Source of the DNA: an archaeon
GTDB lineage: Archaea; Iainarchaeota; Iainarchaeia; Iainarchaeales; CSSED10-239
NCBI GenBank assembly: GCA_037147375.1
Contig: JBAWVI010000001.1
Location: 10,678-42,677 of the forward strand
Direction: 5' to 3'
DNA length: 32,000 nt
Shown here: positions 7,860-16,915 of the stretch, piece after piece
Layout: each line of letters opens with the position of its first letter
Position numbering within the stretch: the stretch's first letter is position 1
Position numbers and translations under genes: made by a program
The notes under the pieces: model-generated
What the model was told of the DNA's origin: nothing
Database searches by the model: none
Seen by the model: only the letters and a program-made list of their open reading frames with translations

Positions 7860-7880
7860 TTCTTTCTTTTTTTTCTTTTT
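7860..7880 (+). terminator. oligo-T tract, candidate terminator after aEF-1beta
   Basis: ttctttcttttttttcttttt follows immediately after the stop at 7858, with a T8 run at 7867..7874 and a T5 run at 7876..7880. Confidence 0.4.
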
Positions 7881-7908
7881 AAAAACGTTTTTAAACCCTT
7901 TTAATGTA

Positions 7909-7921
7909 TTTTATAATATAT
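7909..7921 (+). promoter_or_regulatory. TATA-like box for the pilin-like operon
   Basis: ttttataatatat is centred about 25 nt upstream of ATG 7940. This fits a leaderless or short-leader transcript and argues against the upstream ATG 7904 in the ORF track. Specificity is low in AT-rich DNA. Confidence 0.3.
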
Positions 7922-7939
7922 AAATATGGGTTAATTAAC

Positions 7940-8398
7940 ATGATTAAATCAAATAAAGCTCAAAGTTCTGTAGAAATACTTATAGGTATATTCTTTATTA
8001 TATTTTTCATATATATATTTAATATACTTGCAGAAGATACTGTTGCAACTCTTGAAATTAATAAAATAAAAGAGCAAGAACAAGAAATAATTTTATCTTT
8101 ATCTGATTTTTTATATTCTGGAACAAATGTACTAACTGATCAAAAATTTAATATTACAGACTACAATGCATCTTATAAAATACCTGTAATTACTATTCCA
8201 TCTCAAAAACCAACTTGTGAAATTACAATAAGTAATCTAGAGATAAAGATTGTAACAACTTATAATAATAAAACCATTTTTTATAGAGTTACAAATCAAA
8301 TTCCAGCAGATAGTTATGATTTAACCTCAGAAATAGTTAAAACCTGTGGTAGTGAATTGTTTTGTTATAATGATGCAAATATACTAAGGTGTGATTAA
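7940..8398 (+). CDS. type IV pilin-like protein with a class III signal peptide (1 of 4)
   Basis: The N-terminus MIKSNKAQSSVEILIGIFFIIFFIYIFNILA has a short basic leader, then K-A|Q, Glu at +5 and an uninterrupted hydrophobic helix of about 20 aa. The ectodomain has 4 Cys and N-x-S/T sequons (NIT, NAS, NKT). I chose the start at 7940 rather than 7904. Confidence 0.65.
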   Translation: MIKSNKAQSSVEILIGIFFIIFFIYIFNILAEDTVATLEINKIKEQEQEIILSLSDFLYSGTNVLTDQKFNITDYNASYKIPVITIPSQKPTCEITISNLEIKIVTTYNNKTIFYRVTNQIPADSYDLTSEIVKTCGSELFCYNDANILRCD

Positions 8399-8925
8399 TG
8401 AACTATAATTTAAGAAACAAGAAAGGACAGATAATGGTTCTTGATGTAATATTTACTATAGTTTTAATTATATTAATCTTTTTCTTATTATTTCGTTGGA
8501 CAGAAGTTAAAACATATCAAAGCATAACTGATAGAAAGATAGTTGAGCTTAATTATATAAGTAAAACTGCATTTAATTCATTAACAGACAATCATTCAAT
8601 TAGTTGTTATGCATATGATGGGAATAATCAATATTTAGTTTCATCTTGTTTTGGTCTAGATTCAGAAATATCAAAAACATCACTTGGAATACCTATTGAC
8701 TATAATTGTAGTTTTAGTATTGATGGTGGTGGATTTGTACTAGCTTCAAACGATTGTGATAATATTCTTCCAGCTAGTACAGAAAATTATTTTAGTGTTG
8801 ATTTTAATGTAGTTACAAATCCAGATAGATTTCTTTCAAAAAGTATTTATCTTGAAAATATTTTAGGAAAACCAACTGCAACACCTTTAACAGTTAGAGA
8901 AGCTACTTTGGTGATTTGGAAATGA
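8398..8925 (+). CDS. type IV pilin-like protein with a class III signal peptide (2 of 4)
   Basis: The N-terminus is MNYNLRNKKGQIMVLDVIFTIVLIILIFFLLF (KKG|Q plus a hydrophobic helix). It has 4 Cys. Its start overlaps the previous stop (TAATG). Confidence 0.65.
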   Translation: MNYNLRNKKGQIMVLDVIFTIVLIILIFFLLFRWTEVKTYQSITDRKIVELNYISKTAFNSLTDNHSISCYAYDGNNQYLVSSCFGLDSEISKTSLGIPIDYNCSFSIDGGGFVLASNDCDNILPASTENYFSVDFNVVTNPDRFLSKSIYLENILGKPTATPLTVREATLVIWK

Positions 8926-9221
8926 ATAAAGGATTTATTTTAACAATTTCAGCATTATATTATGTTGCTTTATTTATCTTATTTCTTTCACTTTTAGTTT
9001 TTATGTCTTTTAGAATTACTCATTTTGGATCAGTACCTTTAGAAAATCAAAATAATAATTATAGATTTATTACTGGAGAGCCATCTATACCAATACCAAG
9101 TTCTGAGTATTGGTGCTCAAACTATATAGCAAATTATGATGCAAACCAAGATCTTGAATCTCAAACACCTATGAATTATAAAAATTATTGTGTGAAATAT
9201 GATGGAAAAAGGATTATTTAA
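8922..9221 (+). CDS. type IV pilin-like protein with a class III signal peptide (3 of 4)
   Basis: The N-terminus is MNKGFILTISALYYVALFILFLSLLVFM (K-G|F plus a hydrophobic helix). It has 2 Cys. ATG 8922 overlaps the upstream TGA (ATGA), which I preferred over the TTG at 8916. Confidence 0.6.
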   Translation: MNKGFILTISALYYVALFILFLSLLVFMSFRITHFGSVPLENQNNNYRFITGEPSIPIPSSEYWCSNYIANYDANQDLESQTPMNYKNYCVKYDGKRII

Positions 9222-9705
9222 TTCGTTATTTGTATTAATCATGCTTGCGATGTTTGTTCCAAGCTTATCTTTAATTACAAAAACACAAAATGTTATGGAT
9301 ACTAAATATCAAATAGAGGAAATTGCATTTACATCTGATTCAATTATTGCTGATGCAATCTCTGATAGAACTTATGATAATGTTTGTGCTGTTGATACTA
9401 ATTTAAATTATAATTCTAGAGTAGATACATATTTAAAAAACTTTGAAATTAGTAAAAAAAAATATTCTTCTATTGATTGTAACTTTACAAATATTACTAC
9501 TACTGTTGTTGGTTCTGCAACTCAAGGAGACTATTCTGGAAGCATAGATATAATTTGTAATTCTAAAAACGAGATTACAGATGTAACTATAAAGAAGATA
9601 ATTTATTTTAACAAAGAAATAAATGCTACCCTTGGTGCTGATTGTAGTGTTATTATTGTTGATAACCTAGATGGTGGGAAGATCCAAGTAAGTTTAAATA
9701 AGTAA
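9199..9705 (+). CDS. type IV pilin-like protein with a class III signal peptide (4 of 4)
   Basis: The N-terminus is MMEKGLFNSLFVLIMLAMFVPSLSL (K-G|L plus a hydrophobic helix). It has 4 Cys and the sequons NFT, NIT and NAT. It overlaps the upstream gene by 23 nt. Confidence 0.6.
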   Translation: MMEKGLFNSLFVLIMLAMFVPSLSLITKTQNVMDTKYQIEEIAFTSDSIIADAISDRTYDNVCAVDTNLNYNSRVDTYLKNFEISKKKYSSIDCNFTNITTTVVGSATQGDYSGSIDIICNSKNEITDVTIKKIIYFNKEINATLGADCSVIIVDNLDGGKIQVSLNK

Positions 9706-9706
9706 A

Positions 9707-11488
9707 TTATAAAGTATAATAGTACTTATTATCTTTCTTTTGTTCTTGATCTTTTTGCGAACCTGGTTTATTTGCTCTTGGTCTTTTCGTGTCTGGGTCT
9801 TTCCTAAATGTAATATCCTGCTCAATTAAGAACCTATTAAATGAGTTTTCAATAGTGTCTATCTTGTTTGCAGTACCATAGTGCCCTGGTTTTCCTTCAA
9901 ATAATAATACTCTATCAGAAATATAATCTACAAATAATAAATCATGATCAACAACAAACGCACTTCTTCCAGTTTTACTGATTACACTCTTAATTACGTT
10001 TGCAATTACAAGTCTTTGTTCAATATCCAAAAAAGCACTTGGCTCATCAATTAAATAAATATCACAAATCTTTGAAAGAATGTGTGCAATAGCTATTTTT
10101 TGAAGCTCTCCGCCAGAAAGCTCACTTATCTTTTGTTCCATTAATGGTTCAAGTTCAAGGTGCCCCTTAATCTCAGAATTAAATATATCGTTATCTATGT
10201 CTTTTCCCATAAACAATTCAAAAACCATCTTGTCATTATCATAGTTTATGTATTGTGGTTTATACGCAACCTTTAGTTTATTATCAAGCTTTATATTTTC
10301 AGGTTCAATTTCTCCAGCAATTAATTTAATGAAAGTAGTTTTCCCAATTGCGTTTGCACCTAAGATACCAATAACCTCTGCAGTTTTTATGTTTCCTTCT
10401 TTTACTTCAAGACTAAAATCTCCAAGCTTCTTTTTTAATTCTGGATATGAAAACAAAATATCTCTCTTAATATTTGTTTCTTCCTTTAAGGATCTAAACT
10501 CAATTTCATGATCTCTGATTCTTATGTTTTCTTCTTTTAAGAATCCACCAAGGAATTCATTAATTCCTTTTTTTGTAGTCTTTTTGTTTGATGAAATTCC
10601 ATAAGCCCCTTTAGTTCCAAACATAACTTGAACAAAATCAGATGCATAATCAAGAATAGCAAGATCATGTTCAATTAGCATAATTGAATTATCAGGACTT
10701 GTTCTTTCATGAAGAAGTCTTGCAATCTTAAATCTTTGTTTAATATCAAGAAATGTTGTATATTCATCTAAAAAATATATGCTTGCTTTTTTAAGAAGGG
10801 TTGCAGCAATTGATACTTTTTGAAGTTCTCCACCAGATATTTCTTTTGGTCTTTTTTCTAGTATGTCCTTTAAATCAAGTTCATTAATTATTCTTTCAAG
10901 CTCTTCTGTGCTTGGAGAAACTGATGTTAAAAGTTCAATAATTTTTTTATCAAAGTACTTTGGAATATCTTCAACCTTTTGTATCTTGTAAGCAATTGTT
11001 ACTTCTTTATTTTTTAAATCTTGAAAATGTTTTTGAATTGATTTTCCTCTAAAATATTCAATAACTTTATCTATATCTCCTGGTTGATTGTAGTCTCCAA
11101 GATTTGGAACCAGTGCTCCAGATAAGATGTTTATTGCAGTTGATTTCCCAGATCCATTTCTTCCAATAATTCCAGTAATATATCCTTTTTCAGTGAATGG
11201 AAGAGAATAAAGTCTAAATGAGTTCTTTCCAAATTGCTGAAGAGGCTCACTCATCTTAACTCCTATGTTAATTATCTTAATTGCTTTAGTTGGGCATTTG
11301 TTTGGGCAGATACCACACCCAGTACAAAGATTTTCATTAATGATTGGTGTCTTATAGGCCTTCTCATCAACAACAATTGCATCTTCTCCCATTCTTACAG
11401 GTGGACAAGATCTATAACAAAGATAATTACAATTCTTTGGTTGACATTTATCTTTATCAATAATTGCAATTCTTGTGTATTCAGTCAT
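9707..11488 (-). CDS. abce1: ABCE1 / RNase L inhibitor homologue (ribosome recycling ATPase)
   Basis: The N-terminal Fe-S domain has a Cys cluster (CQPKNCNYLCYRSCPP and CTGCGICPNKCP). It is followed by two ABC cassettes with Walker A GRNGSGKST and GANAIGKTT and two SGGELQK signatures. 593 aa. Confidence 0.92.
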   Translation of the reverse strand: MTEYTRIAIIDKDKCQPKNCNYLCYRSCPPVRMGEDAIVVDEKAYKTPIINENLCTGCGICPNKCPTKAIKIINIGVKMSEPLQQFGKNSFRLYSLPFTEKGYITGIIGRNGSGKSTAINILSGALVPNLGDYNQPGDIDKVIEYFRGKSIQKHFQDLKNKEVTIAYKIQKVEDIPKYFDKKIIELLTSVSPSTEELERIINELDLKDILEKRPKEISGGELQKVSIAATLLKKASIYFLDEYTTFLDIKQRFKIARLLHERTSPDNSIMLIEHDLAILDYASDFVQVMFGTKGAYGISSNKKTTKKGINEFLGGFLKEENIRIRDHEIEFRSLKEETNIKRDILFSYPELKKKLGDFSLEVKEGNIKTAEVIGILGANAIGKTTFIKLIAGEIEPENIKLDNKLKVAYKPQYINYDNDKMVFELFMGKDIDNDIFNSEIKGHLELEPLMEQKISELSGGELQKIAIAHILSKICDIYLIDEPSAFLDIEQRLVIANVIKSVISKTGRSAFVVDHDLLFVDYISDRVLLFEGKPGHYGTANKIDTIENSFNRFLIEQDITFRKDPDTKRPRANKPGSQKDQEQKKDNKYYYTL

Positions 11489-11504
11489 ATAAAATCAAAT
11501 ATAT

Positions 11505-12788
11505 TTATTCTTCCTTCTTTTTAATTGCTCTTTTCTTTACTGGTTTATCTTCCGTATCTTCATCTTCTTTCTTAATCTTAACTTTACATCCAAGATGCTT
11601 TAATTCTTCATCAACAAACCCGAAATATGTTTGCATATCTTCATTAAATTTATTTGTTTTTGCAATTATTAAAAGGAAAGGAAGATAATCTCTTCTTACT
11701 ATGTGCTTTGATGCATGTACCTTATCTCTCATCTTTTCAACGATACTGTCAGTTAATATTCTTTCTTTCTTATTCCCTGAAAGCTTTTGAAGAAGTGTTG
11801 GAAAAACAAATGGAGAAAAGGATAAATAATCTTCTTTCTCTGTTTTTGAATAAGCAACTCCAATAGTTAAGTAATCAAGAACATATTTTAGAAGAATCCA
11901 TCTACTTCCTTGTATTCTTCCTTGATAAACATCAGCTTTGCTTAATGCTTCAAAACCAGCTGCAAGATTCTTTGTATCCTTAAATTTTCTAGGAATATTT
12001 TCTTCAAGCCAAGAAAATAATAATTCCCAATCTATATTTGAATTATCAATTGCATTCTTTGTTTCATAAAAATCTTTTGGAAAGAAAATAGTTGAAAGTG
12101 TTTTAAATACATCTTCTTCCTTCTTTCTATCTCCAAGTGTTTCTACATCTTCTAAGTTAATTCTTCCAAATAAAGAAAGAGTCCATAAATCCTCAAGGAG
12201 AGCTCTTACATCGTTTTTAGTGTTTTCAACTAACTGTTTTAATGAGACTAAATCATAATCTAATTTTTCTTTTTCACATATTTCTGTTGCAAACTTGAGG
12301 ATTGAAAGTTTATTTGGTAAATCAAACTTAATTTTAGTACATTTCTCAAATACAGGTCTTAATTTCTTGTTTTCATAAGCATCATTTGCAATAAATATTA
12401 TTGGTTGTCTTGATTTATCTATAACCTTTAGCATTTCAGTAAAGAAACCTGAATCTTCGCTTCCTCTCTTATCTTCAATTGCATCAACCTCATCAATTAA
12501 GATAAGCCTTTTCTTTCCAAAAAGAGTAGTTGAAGTAGTAGCAACGTTAAGAAGGTTAGCTATAGCATCTTTTCCTCTAATGTCAGATGCATCAGTGTGA
12601 TAAAGTACCCACCCCATCTCTTTTGCAAGTAGCTTAGCAGTTAAGGTTTTACCAATTCCAGTATCTCCATAAATAAATATAGCGGTTTTAGGATCTTTTG
12701 CCCAATATTTTATCTCAGTTATACTCTTCTTATTACCTACAATTTCATCTAAGGTTTTAGGAGTATACTTATCAATGAATTTTTGCAT
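11505..12788 (-). CDS. rfcL: replication factor C, large subunit
   Basis: MQKFIDKYTPKTLDEIVGNKK...IYGDTGIGKT (Walker A)...LILIDEVD (Walker B). It has the AAA+ clamp-loader layout with a long C-terminal helical domain and an acidic/basic tail. 427 aa. Confidence 0.85.
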   Translation of the reverse strand: MQKFIDKYTPKTLDEIVGNKKSITEIKYWAKDPKTAIFIYGDTGIGKTLTAKLLAKEMGWVLYHTDASDIRGKDAIANLLNVATTSTTLFGKKRLILIDEVDAIEDKRGSEDSGFFTEMLKVIDKSRQPIIFIANDAYENKKLRPVFEKCTKIKFDLPNKLSILKFATEICEKEKLDYDLVSLKQLVENTKNDVRALLEDLWTLSLFGRINLEDVETLGDRKKEEDVFKTLSTIFFPKDFYETKNAIDNSNIDWELLFSWLEENIPRKFKDTKNLAAGFEALSKADVYQGRIQGSRWILLKYVLDYLTIGVAYSKTEKEDYLSFSPFVFPTLLQKLSGNKKERILTDSIVEKMRDKVHASKHIVRRDYLPFLLIIAKTNKFNEDMQTYFGFVDEELKHLGCKVKIKKEDEDTEDKPVKKRAIKKKEE

Positions 12789-12901
12789 ATATATTATATC
12801 TGTGCAAAAGGATTTAAAGATTCTTATTCTTTATTTTTAGTTTAAAACTAGTATTTTAATAAATTATTGTTTTGTGCTCATAGTGAACACAATTGATTAC
12901 A

Positions 12902-12910
12902 TTTATAAAT
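12902..12910 (+). promoter_or_regulatory. TATA-like box upstream of the PIN gene
   Basis: tttataaat is centred about 25 nt upstream of ATG 12931, which suggests a leaderless mRNA and supports 12931 over the GTG at 12874. Specificity is low in AT-rich DNA. Confidence 0.3.
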
Positions 12911-12930
12911 TTATATGCTCTATAATATAT

Positions 12931-13440
12931 ATGAAGAAACCTTGTGCAGTAATAGATACGTCCTTTTGGATACATTTGGTTTATCTTGATATTGATAATT
13001 ATTTAATAAAATATTTTGAAATATACTTTCCAAATAAAGTGAAATCAGAAATACTTTATCTAAAGCACTTTGATTATTTTTATAAATCAGCAGATATCTC
13101 TATATTTGAAAAATTATTACAAACAAACCAATTAACAATAAAAGACCCTAAACAATTAATTGATTCTTCTGAACTTCAAAAAAATTCAGGAGAGCATCAT
13201 TTAATTTCACTTGCAAAAGAAAATAATTTTGGGGTATTCATTGATGATGGGGTGCCTTATGATTTATGCAGTAAAATGAATATACTTAGAATGAATTCAA
13301 TTGATTTTATTATATTTTTATATATTAAGAGAGAAATTAGTAAAGAAAAAGGACTAGAGCTTATGATTAAACTAAGTCATAAGATAAAGCAAAGATATAT
13401 AGAAGAGGGAATAAAATATATAAATAATATTAAAAGGTGA
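12931..13440 (+). CDS. PIN-like nuclease domain protein (DUF3368/COG2405-type), putative toxin
   Basis: MKKPCAVIDTSFWIHLVYLDI...FPNKVKSEI...SGEHHLISLAKENNFGVFIDDGVPYDLCSKMNI follows the DUF3368 pattern (vvDtS.li.L....l..l....viP..V..E ... GE...I.LA.e.....l.DD..aR..a...gi). Confidence 0.6.
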   Translation: MKKPCAVIDTSFWIHLVYLDIDNYLIKYFEIYFPNKVKSEILYLKHFDYFYKSADISIFEKLLQTNQLTIKDPKQLIDSSELQKNSGEHHLISLAKENNFGVFIDDGVPYDLCSKMNILRMNSIDFIIFLYIKREISKEKGLELMIKLSHKIKQRYIEEGIKYINNIKR

Positions 13441-13785
13441 ATGTTTATGGTTAAAGAAGTAAAATATGATTTAGAAAAAACAAAATCTTTAAGATTATCT
13501 GATTCAGCAATGAGAAACATAAAATATATTTCTAATCTTGAAGAAGTAAAGGAATCAGACTTAATTAGAAAATTTATAAATGAATCTATTATAAAATATA
13601 AATTAAAACTAGCATTTAAGGCTTATGAGAACAAAAGTGTATCTATTTATGGTGCCGCAAACATAGCTGAATTAAGTTATAAAGAGTTTGTGGATAAAAT
13701 GGTTGAAAACGGAATAAAAACAGATTTTTCAAGCATAGGTGAGGATGTTAATACTTTTGTTAAACTAACTGAGAAGAAAAGGTAA
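13441..13785 (+). CDS. UPF0175 (COG2886)-like HTH protein, putative antitoxin
   Basis: The start abuts the PIN stop (TGA then ATG, no gap). The C-terminal half, KLKLAFKAYENKSVSIYGAANIAELSYKEFVDKMVENGI, matches the UPF0175 signature (A..lYe.g.iS.gkAAelAg.s..eF...l...gI). Confidence 0.55.
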   Translation: MFMVKEVKYDLEKTKSLRLSDSAMRNIKYISNLEEVKESDLIRKFINESIIKYKLKLAFKAYENKSVSIYGAANIAELSYKEFVDKMVENGIKTDFSSIGEDVNTFVKLTEKKR

Positions 13786-13854
13786 AAGAATTTATAAATC
13801 AATTGTTTTATATATTATTTTGGTTTACAGTTATTATATTATAGGTGAGTTATT

Positions 13855-14571
13855 ATGATTACAATAAAGAACACAAATGTATTTAAGAAAAGTCTTGAAG
13901 CAATTTCAGGAAACATCCAAGAAGCAAATATTAGATTTAAAGATGATGGAATATACATTAAAGCTATTGATAAAACACAAATTCTTTTAGTTGATTTTTG
14001 TATGCCAAAATCTTGCTTTGAATCATATGTTATTGATCCAAGTCTTGTTGGAATAAATCTTTCTGAATTAAATAACATGGTTTCTCGTTCTTTTGAAAAA
14101 GATAAGATTAAGCTTGAACTTAAAGAAACATATCTTGATATTTATCTTCTAGGATCTATTCAAAGAAGATTTAATTTACCTTTTATTGATTTAAATGATG
14201 AAGAAATTAAGATACCAGAAATTAAATTTGATGCACAAGTTAAGGTAAGCGCTTACTTATTTAAAGAAATATTAAAAGATGCAAATCTAGTTTCTTCAAC
14301 TATTACCTTTAAGGTTGTTGATGGTAACTTTGTTATTGAATCTGAAGGAGAGAAAGGAAAGATATTAACAGAAGTTTGTAAGGCACAGATGAAAACAAAG
14401 AAACAGCTTGCAGTTAAGTTTTCTTTATCATTCCTAAAGAATATAACAAAAACAATAGATAATGAAACAGAGCTTGTAATTAAATTCTCAGAAGATGCAC
14501 CACTTTATCTAGAATATAATCTTGATAAGGATGTAAAGCTAAACTATTATTTATCAAGTATGTTAATATAA
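13855..14571 (+). CDS. pcn: DNA polymerase sliding clamp (PCNA)
   Basis: 238 aa. FKKSLEAISGNIQEANIRFKDDGIYIKAIDKTQILLVDFCMPKSCFESY is the typical archaeal PCNA N-terminal domain pattern, and the C-terminal half has a duplicated topology. AGGTGA SD lies upstream. Confidence 0.85.
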   Translation: MITIKNTNVFKKSLEAISGNIQEANIRFKDDGIYIKAIDKTQILLVDFCMPKSCFESYVIDPSLVGINLSELNNMVSRSFEKDKIKLELKETYLDIYLLGSIQRRFNLPFIDLNDEEIKIPEIKFDAQVKVSAYLFKEILKDANLVSSTITFKVVDGNFVIESEGEKGKILTEVCKAQMKTKKQLAVKFSLSFLKNITKTIDNETELVIKFSEDAPLYLEYNLDKDVKLNYYLSSMLI

Positions 14572-14583
14572 CTGGTTGATTAT

Positions 14584-15024
14584 ATGGGTTTTTATGAAAA
14601 AGATATAACTAAAGAAAACAAAAAACAATTTATAAAAGAAAATAGACCAGTTATTGAAAAATTATTATCTGATTTTTTTTCAAAAACTATACTATCAGCA
14701 AGTAAAAATAAGGTTGCAAATCAATTAGTTACTGCTTATTTAGAAAACAAGAAAGGAAAAGAATTTATTGGAGTTTTAATTTCTCCAAGAGCAATATCTG
14801 AAAGATTTATTTCTCAGATCCCAGTTGATTTAAGAGGAAATCATAAGAAGAATACAAATAGTCCAATTGATAATAAATTAAGAAATCCAGAATTAAATCA
14901 ATCTAAATCACTAACCATTGAAGATATAAGACACGAATTAAGAAAAGGATATAATAATTTCACAAAAAAACAAAAAGTTATGAAAAAATTAAAACCTATA
15001 AATAAAAAAATAAGATTAAAATAA
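14584..15024 (+). CDS. hypothetical small basic protein, operonic with PCNA, containing a PIP-like motif
   Basis: 146-aa ORF starting 12 nt after the PCNA stop. Residues 25-32 are EKLLSDFF. The C-terminal half is Lys/Asn/Arg-rich. No family recognised. Confidence 0.5.
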   Translation: MGFYEKDITKENKKQFIKENRPVIEKLLSDFFSKTILSASKNKVANQLVTAYLENKKGKEFIGVLISPRAISERFISQIPVDLRGNHKKNTNSPIDNKLRNPELNQSKSLTIEDIRHELRKGYNNFTKKQKVMKKLKPINKKIRLK

Positions 15025-15034
15025 AAGGATAAAT

Positions 15035-16915
15035 TTACTTATATCCTTTTACTTTCTTTAATAGTTCTTTTTTTTCTTTGCAATCTTTGAATGCAACATC
15101 AATTACTTCCCAGATTGTTTTTACAGGAATTATCTTGATTTTCTTTTTGTCTTCTTCTGACAAGACAACATCATCCTTGTTTGCATAAGGTATGATTACT
15201 TCCTTTATCTTTGATGATATTGCTGCACCAATCTTTCCAGTTACTCCACCAACTGGAAGAACTTCTCCTCTAATTGAAAGGGATCCAGTCATTGCTATGT
15301 CTTGCTTGATTGGAACATTTTCAAGCACAGAAATTACAGCGCTTGCAATTGAAATGGATGCAGAATCTCCTTCAACATCATATGTTTGAAGGAATTGTAT
15401 ATGTATATCGTAGTTAGTAATGTCCTTCCCAGTAAGCTTCTTAAAGATTGCAGAAACATTCGAAACTGATTCCTTTGCAATTACTCCAAGCTTACCAGTT
15501 GCAATTATTTTACCTTGTGATCTTGAATGAGCTGGTGTTATTTCACACTCTATAGGAAGCATAACTCCTGCATCTGCATTCTCACCAACAACTGCAAGTC
15601 CATTAACTCTTCCAAGAAGTGCACCGCTTGTCTTAAATATATCATAATCTTTCTTAACTTCCATCATCTTTGATACCATTTGTTGTTCAAGTGATCCAGA
15701 TGATTTCTTAGCTTCGAGAACTTCTGCTTGAGTAACTAATGTTTTTCCTTTTTCAACAGCTATGTCTCCTGCTGCTCTAACAAGTCCACCAAGCTCTCTT
15801 AATTTTAATGTTAAATGATTTTTTCTGCTTGCTTTCTTTCTAGCTTCAAATAAGATTTCTTCAACCGCATCTTTTGTAAAGTGTGGTATCTTTGTGTCTT
15901 TAGTTACTTCTTGAGCAACAAATTGTGCCATCTTATTTCTATTTTCAATTGTATCAGGAACATCTAAGTTCATATGACACTCATAACCAGAACCTCTAAT
16001 TCTTGATCTTATAGCTGGATGAACCTTACTTAAATCTTGATAATTACCAGCAGCAACTAATATAAAGTCACAAGGAGCAGGAGTTGTTCTAACCATTGCA
16101 CCACTTGACATTTCTGATTGACCAGTAATAGAATATTTTTTTTCTTGTAAGATAGTTAATAATTCTTGTTGTGATTTAGGTGAAAGAGAAGCAATTTCAT
16201 CAAGGAAAAGAACTCCACCATTAGCTCTATGAATCATTCCAGGAACAACTCTTAAGTGAGCTGGTGTTCCAAGTCCCCCTGATTGTAAAGGATCATGAAG
16301 AACGTCTCCAAGAAGTGCACCAGCACGAGCACCAGTTGCATCAATGAATGGAACATGTTTCTGTTTAGCATTATCTATTAATAATTTAGGTGTTAATACT
16401 TTTTGTTTAGGTCCAAGCTGAGATGAAAGTCCAGTTGCAACCATTACAAACCCAGATAAAATTAAAAGAGCAGCAAATACAATATCAGAATACCATTTCA
16501 TTTGCCAAAATACAATTGCTAAAAGTAAGAATGCAAAAGGAAGAATGAACCCAAGTAATCTACCTCCACCCATGTCTCTTGATGCTTGAACAATTGCTTG
16601 ATCCACAATTTTTTTTCCATCTCCAGCAGGAGATTCCTTAATAATTGGTGTGTGATTATCTTCTGGGTTTGGATAAACAAGAAGATCTTTTAACTTATAA
16701 GGTGGTAAGATTTCAGCAAGAGCAGAAGCTATCATAGACTTACCTGTTCCTGGAGCACCAATAAGCATAATATGTCTTTTCTGCTTAGCAGCCTTCTTAA
16801 TAAGTTCAACAGCAGAGTCTTGACCAATAACTTGATCAATTAATTGCTTTGGGACTTGTATTTCACTTGTGTCTTTGTACTCAAGTGCTTTAACTTCTTT
16901 AACTTTTTTATCCAT
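15035..16915 (-). CDS. lonB: archaeal membrane-bound Lon protease (LonB)
   Basis: Walker A is GAPGTGKSM and Walker B is VLFLDEI. Two hydrophobic helices are inserted in the AAA+ module ([37 protein letters not shown]). The C-terminal Lon protease domain has the catalytic Ser context [12 protein letters not shown] and [10 protein letters not shown]. 626 aa. Confidence 0.92.
   Translation of the reverse strand: MDKKVKEVKALEYKDTSEIQVPKQLIDQVIGQDSAVELIKKAAKQKRHIMLIGAPGTGKSMIASALAEILPPYKLKDLLVYPNPEDNHTPIIKESPAGDGKKIVDQAIVQASRDMGGGRLLGFILPFAFLLLAIVFWQMKWYSDIVFAALLILSGFVMVATGLSSQLGPKQKVLTPKLLIDNAKQKHVPFIDATGARAGALLGDVLHDPLQSGGLGTPAHLRVVPGMIHRANGGVLFLDEIASLSPKSQQELLTILQEKKYSITGQSEMSSGAMVRTTPAPCDFILVAAGNYQDLSKVHPAIRSRIRGSGYECHMNLDVPDTIENRNKMAQFVAQEVTKDTKIPHFTKDAVEEILFEARKKASRKNHLTLKLRELGGLVRAAGDIAVEKGKTLVTQAEVLEAKKSSGSLEQQMVSKMMEVKKDYDIFKTSGALLGRVNGLAVVGENADAGVMLPIECEITPAHSRSQGKIIATGKLGVIAKESVSNVSAIFKKLTGKDITNYDIHIQFLQTYDVEGDSASISIASAVISVLENVPIKQDIAMTGSLSIRGEVLPVGGVTGKIGAAISSKIKEVIIPYANKDDVVLSEEDKKKIKIIPVKTIWEVIDVAFKDCKEKKELLKKVKGYK

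Noticed and set aside
7904-7939. N-terminal extension (MYFIIYKYGLIN) of the first pilin-like ORF in the ORF track
   Set aside because: The extension would bury the class III signal peptide and would contain the TATA-like box (7909..7921). ATG 7940 gives the canonical short charged leader.
10248-11866. Four plus-strand ORFs (10248..10511, 11234..11524, 11464..11688, 11654..11866)
   Set aside because: All lie antisense within the strongly supported ABCE1 and RFC-L genes. Their Ser/Phe/Leu/Ile-rich translations are typical of shadow frames in AT-rich coding DNA.
12874-12930. GTG-initiated 19-aa extension of the PIN-like ORF
   Set aside because: A TATA-like tttataaat (12902..12910) lies inside it, about 25 nt before ATG 12931. 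The conserved PIN N-terminus (..VIDTS) begins right after that ATG.
13839-14078. 79-aa minus-strand ORF
   Set aside because: It is antisense to the N-terminus of PCNA and has shadow-frame composition.
15192-15389. 65-aa plus-strand ORF
   Set aside because: It is antisense to the conserved LonB protease domain.
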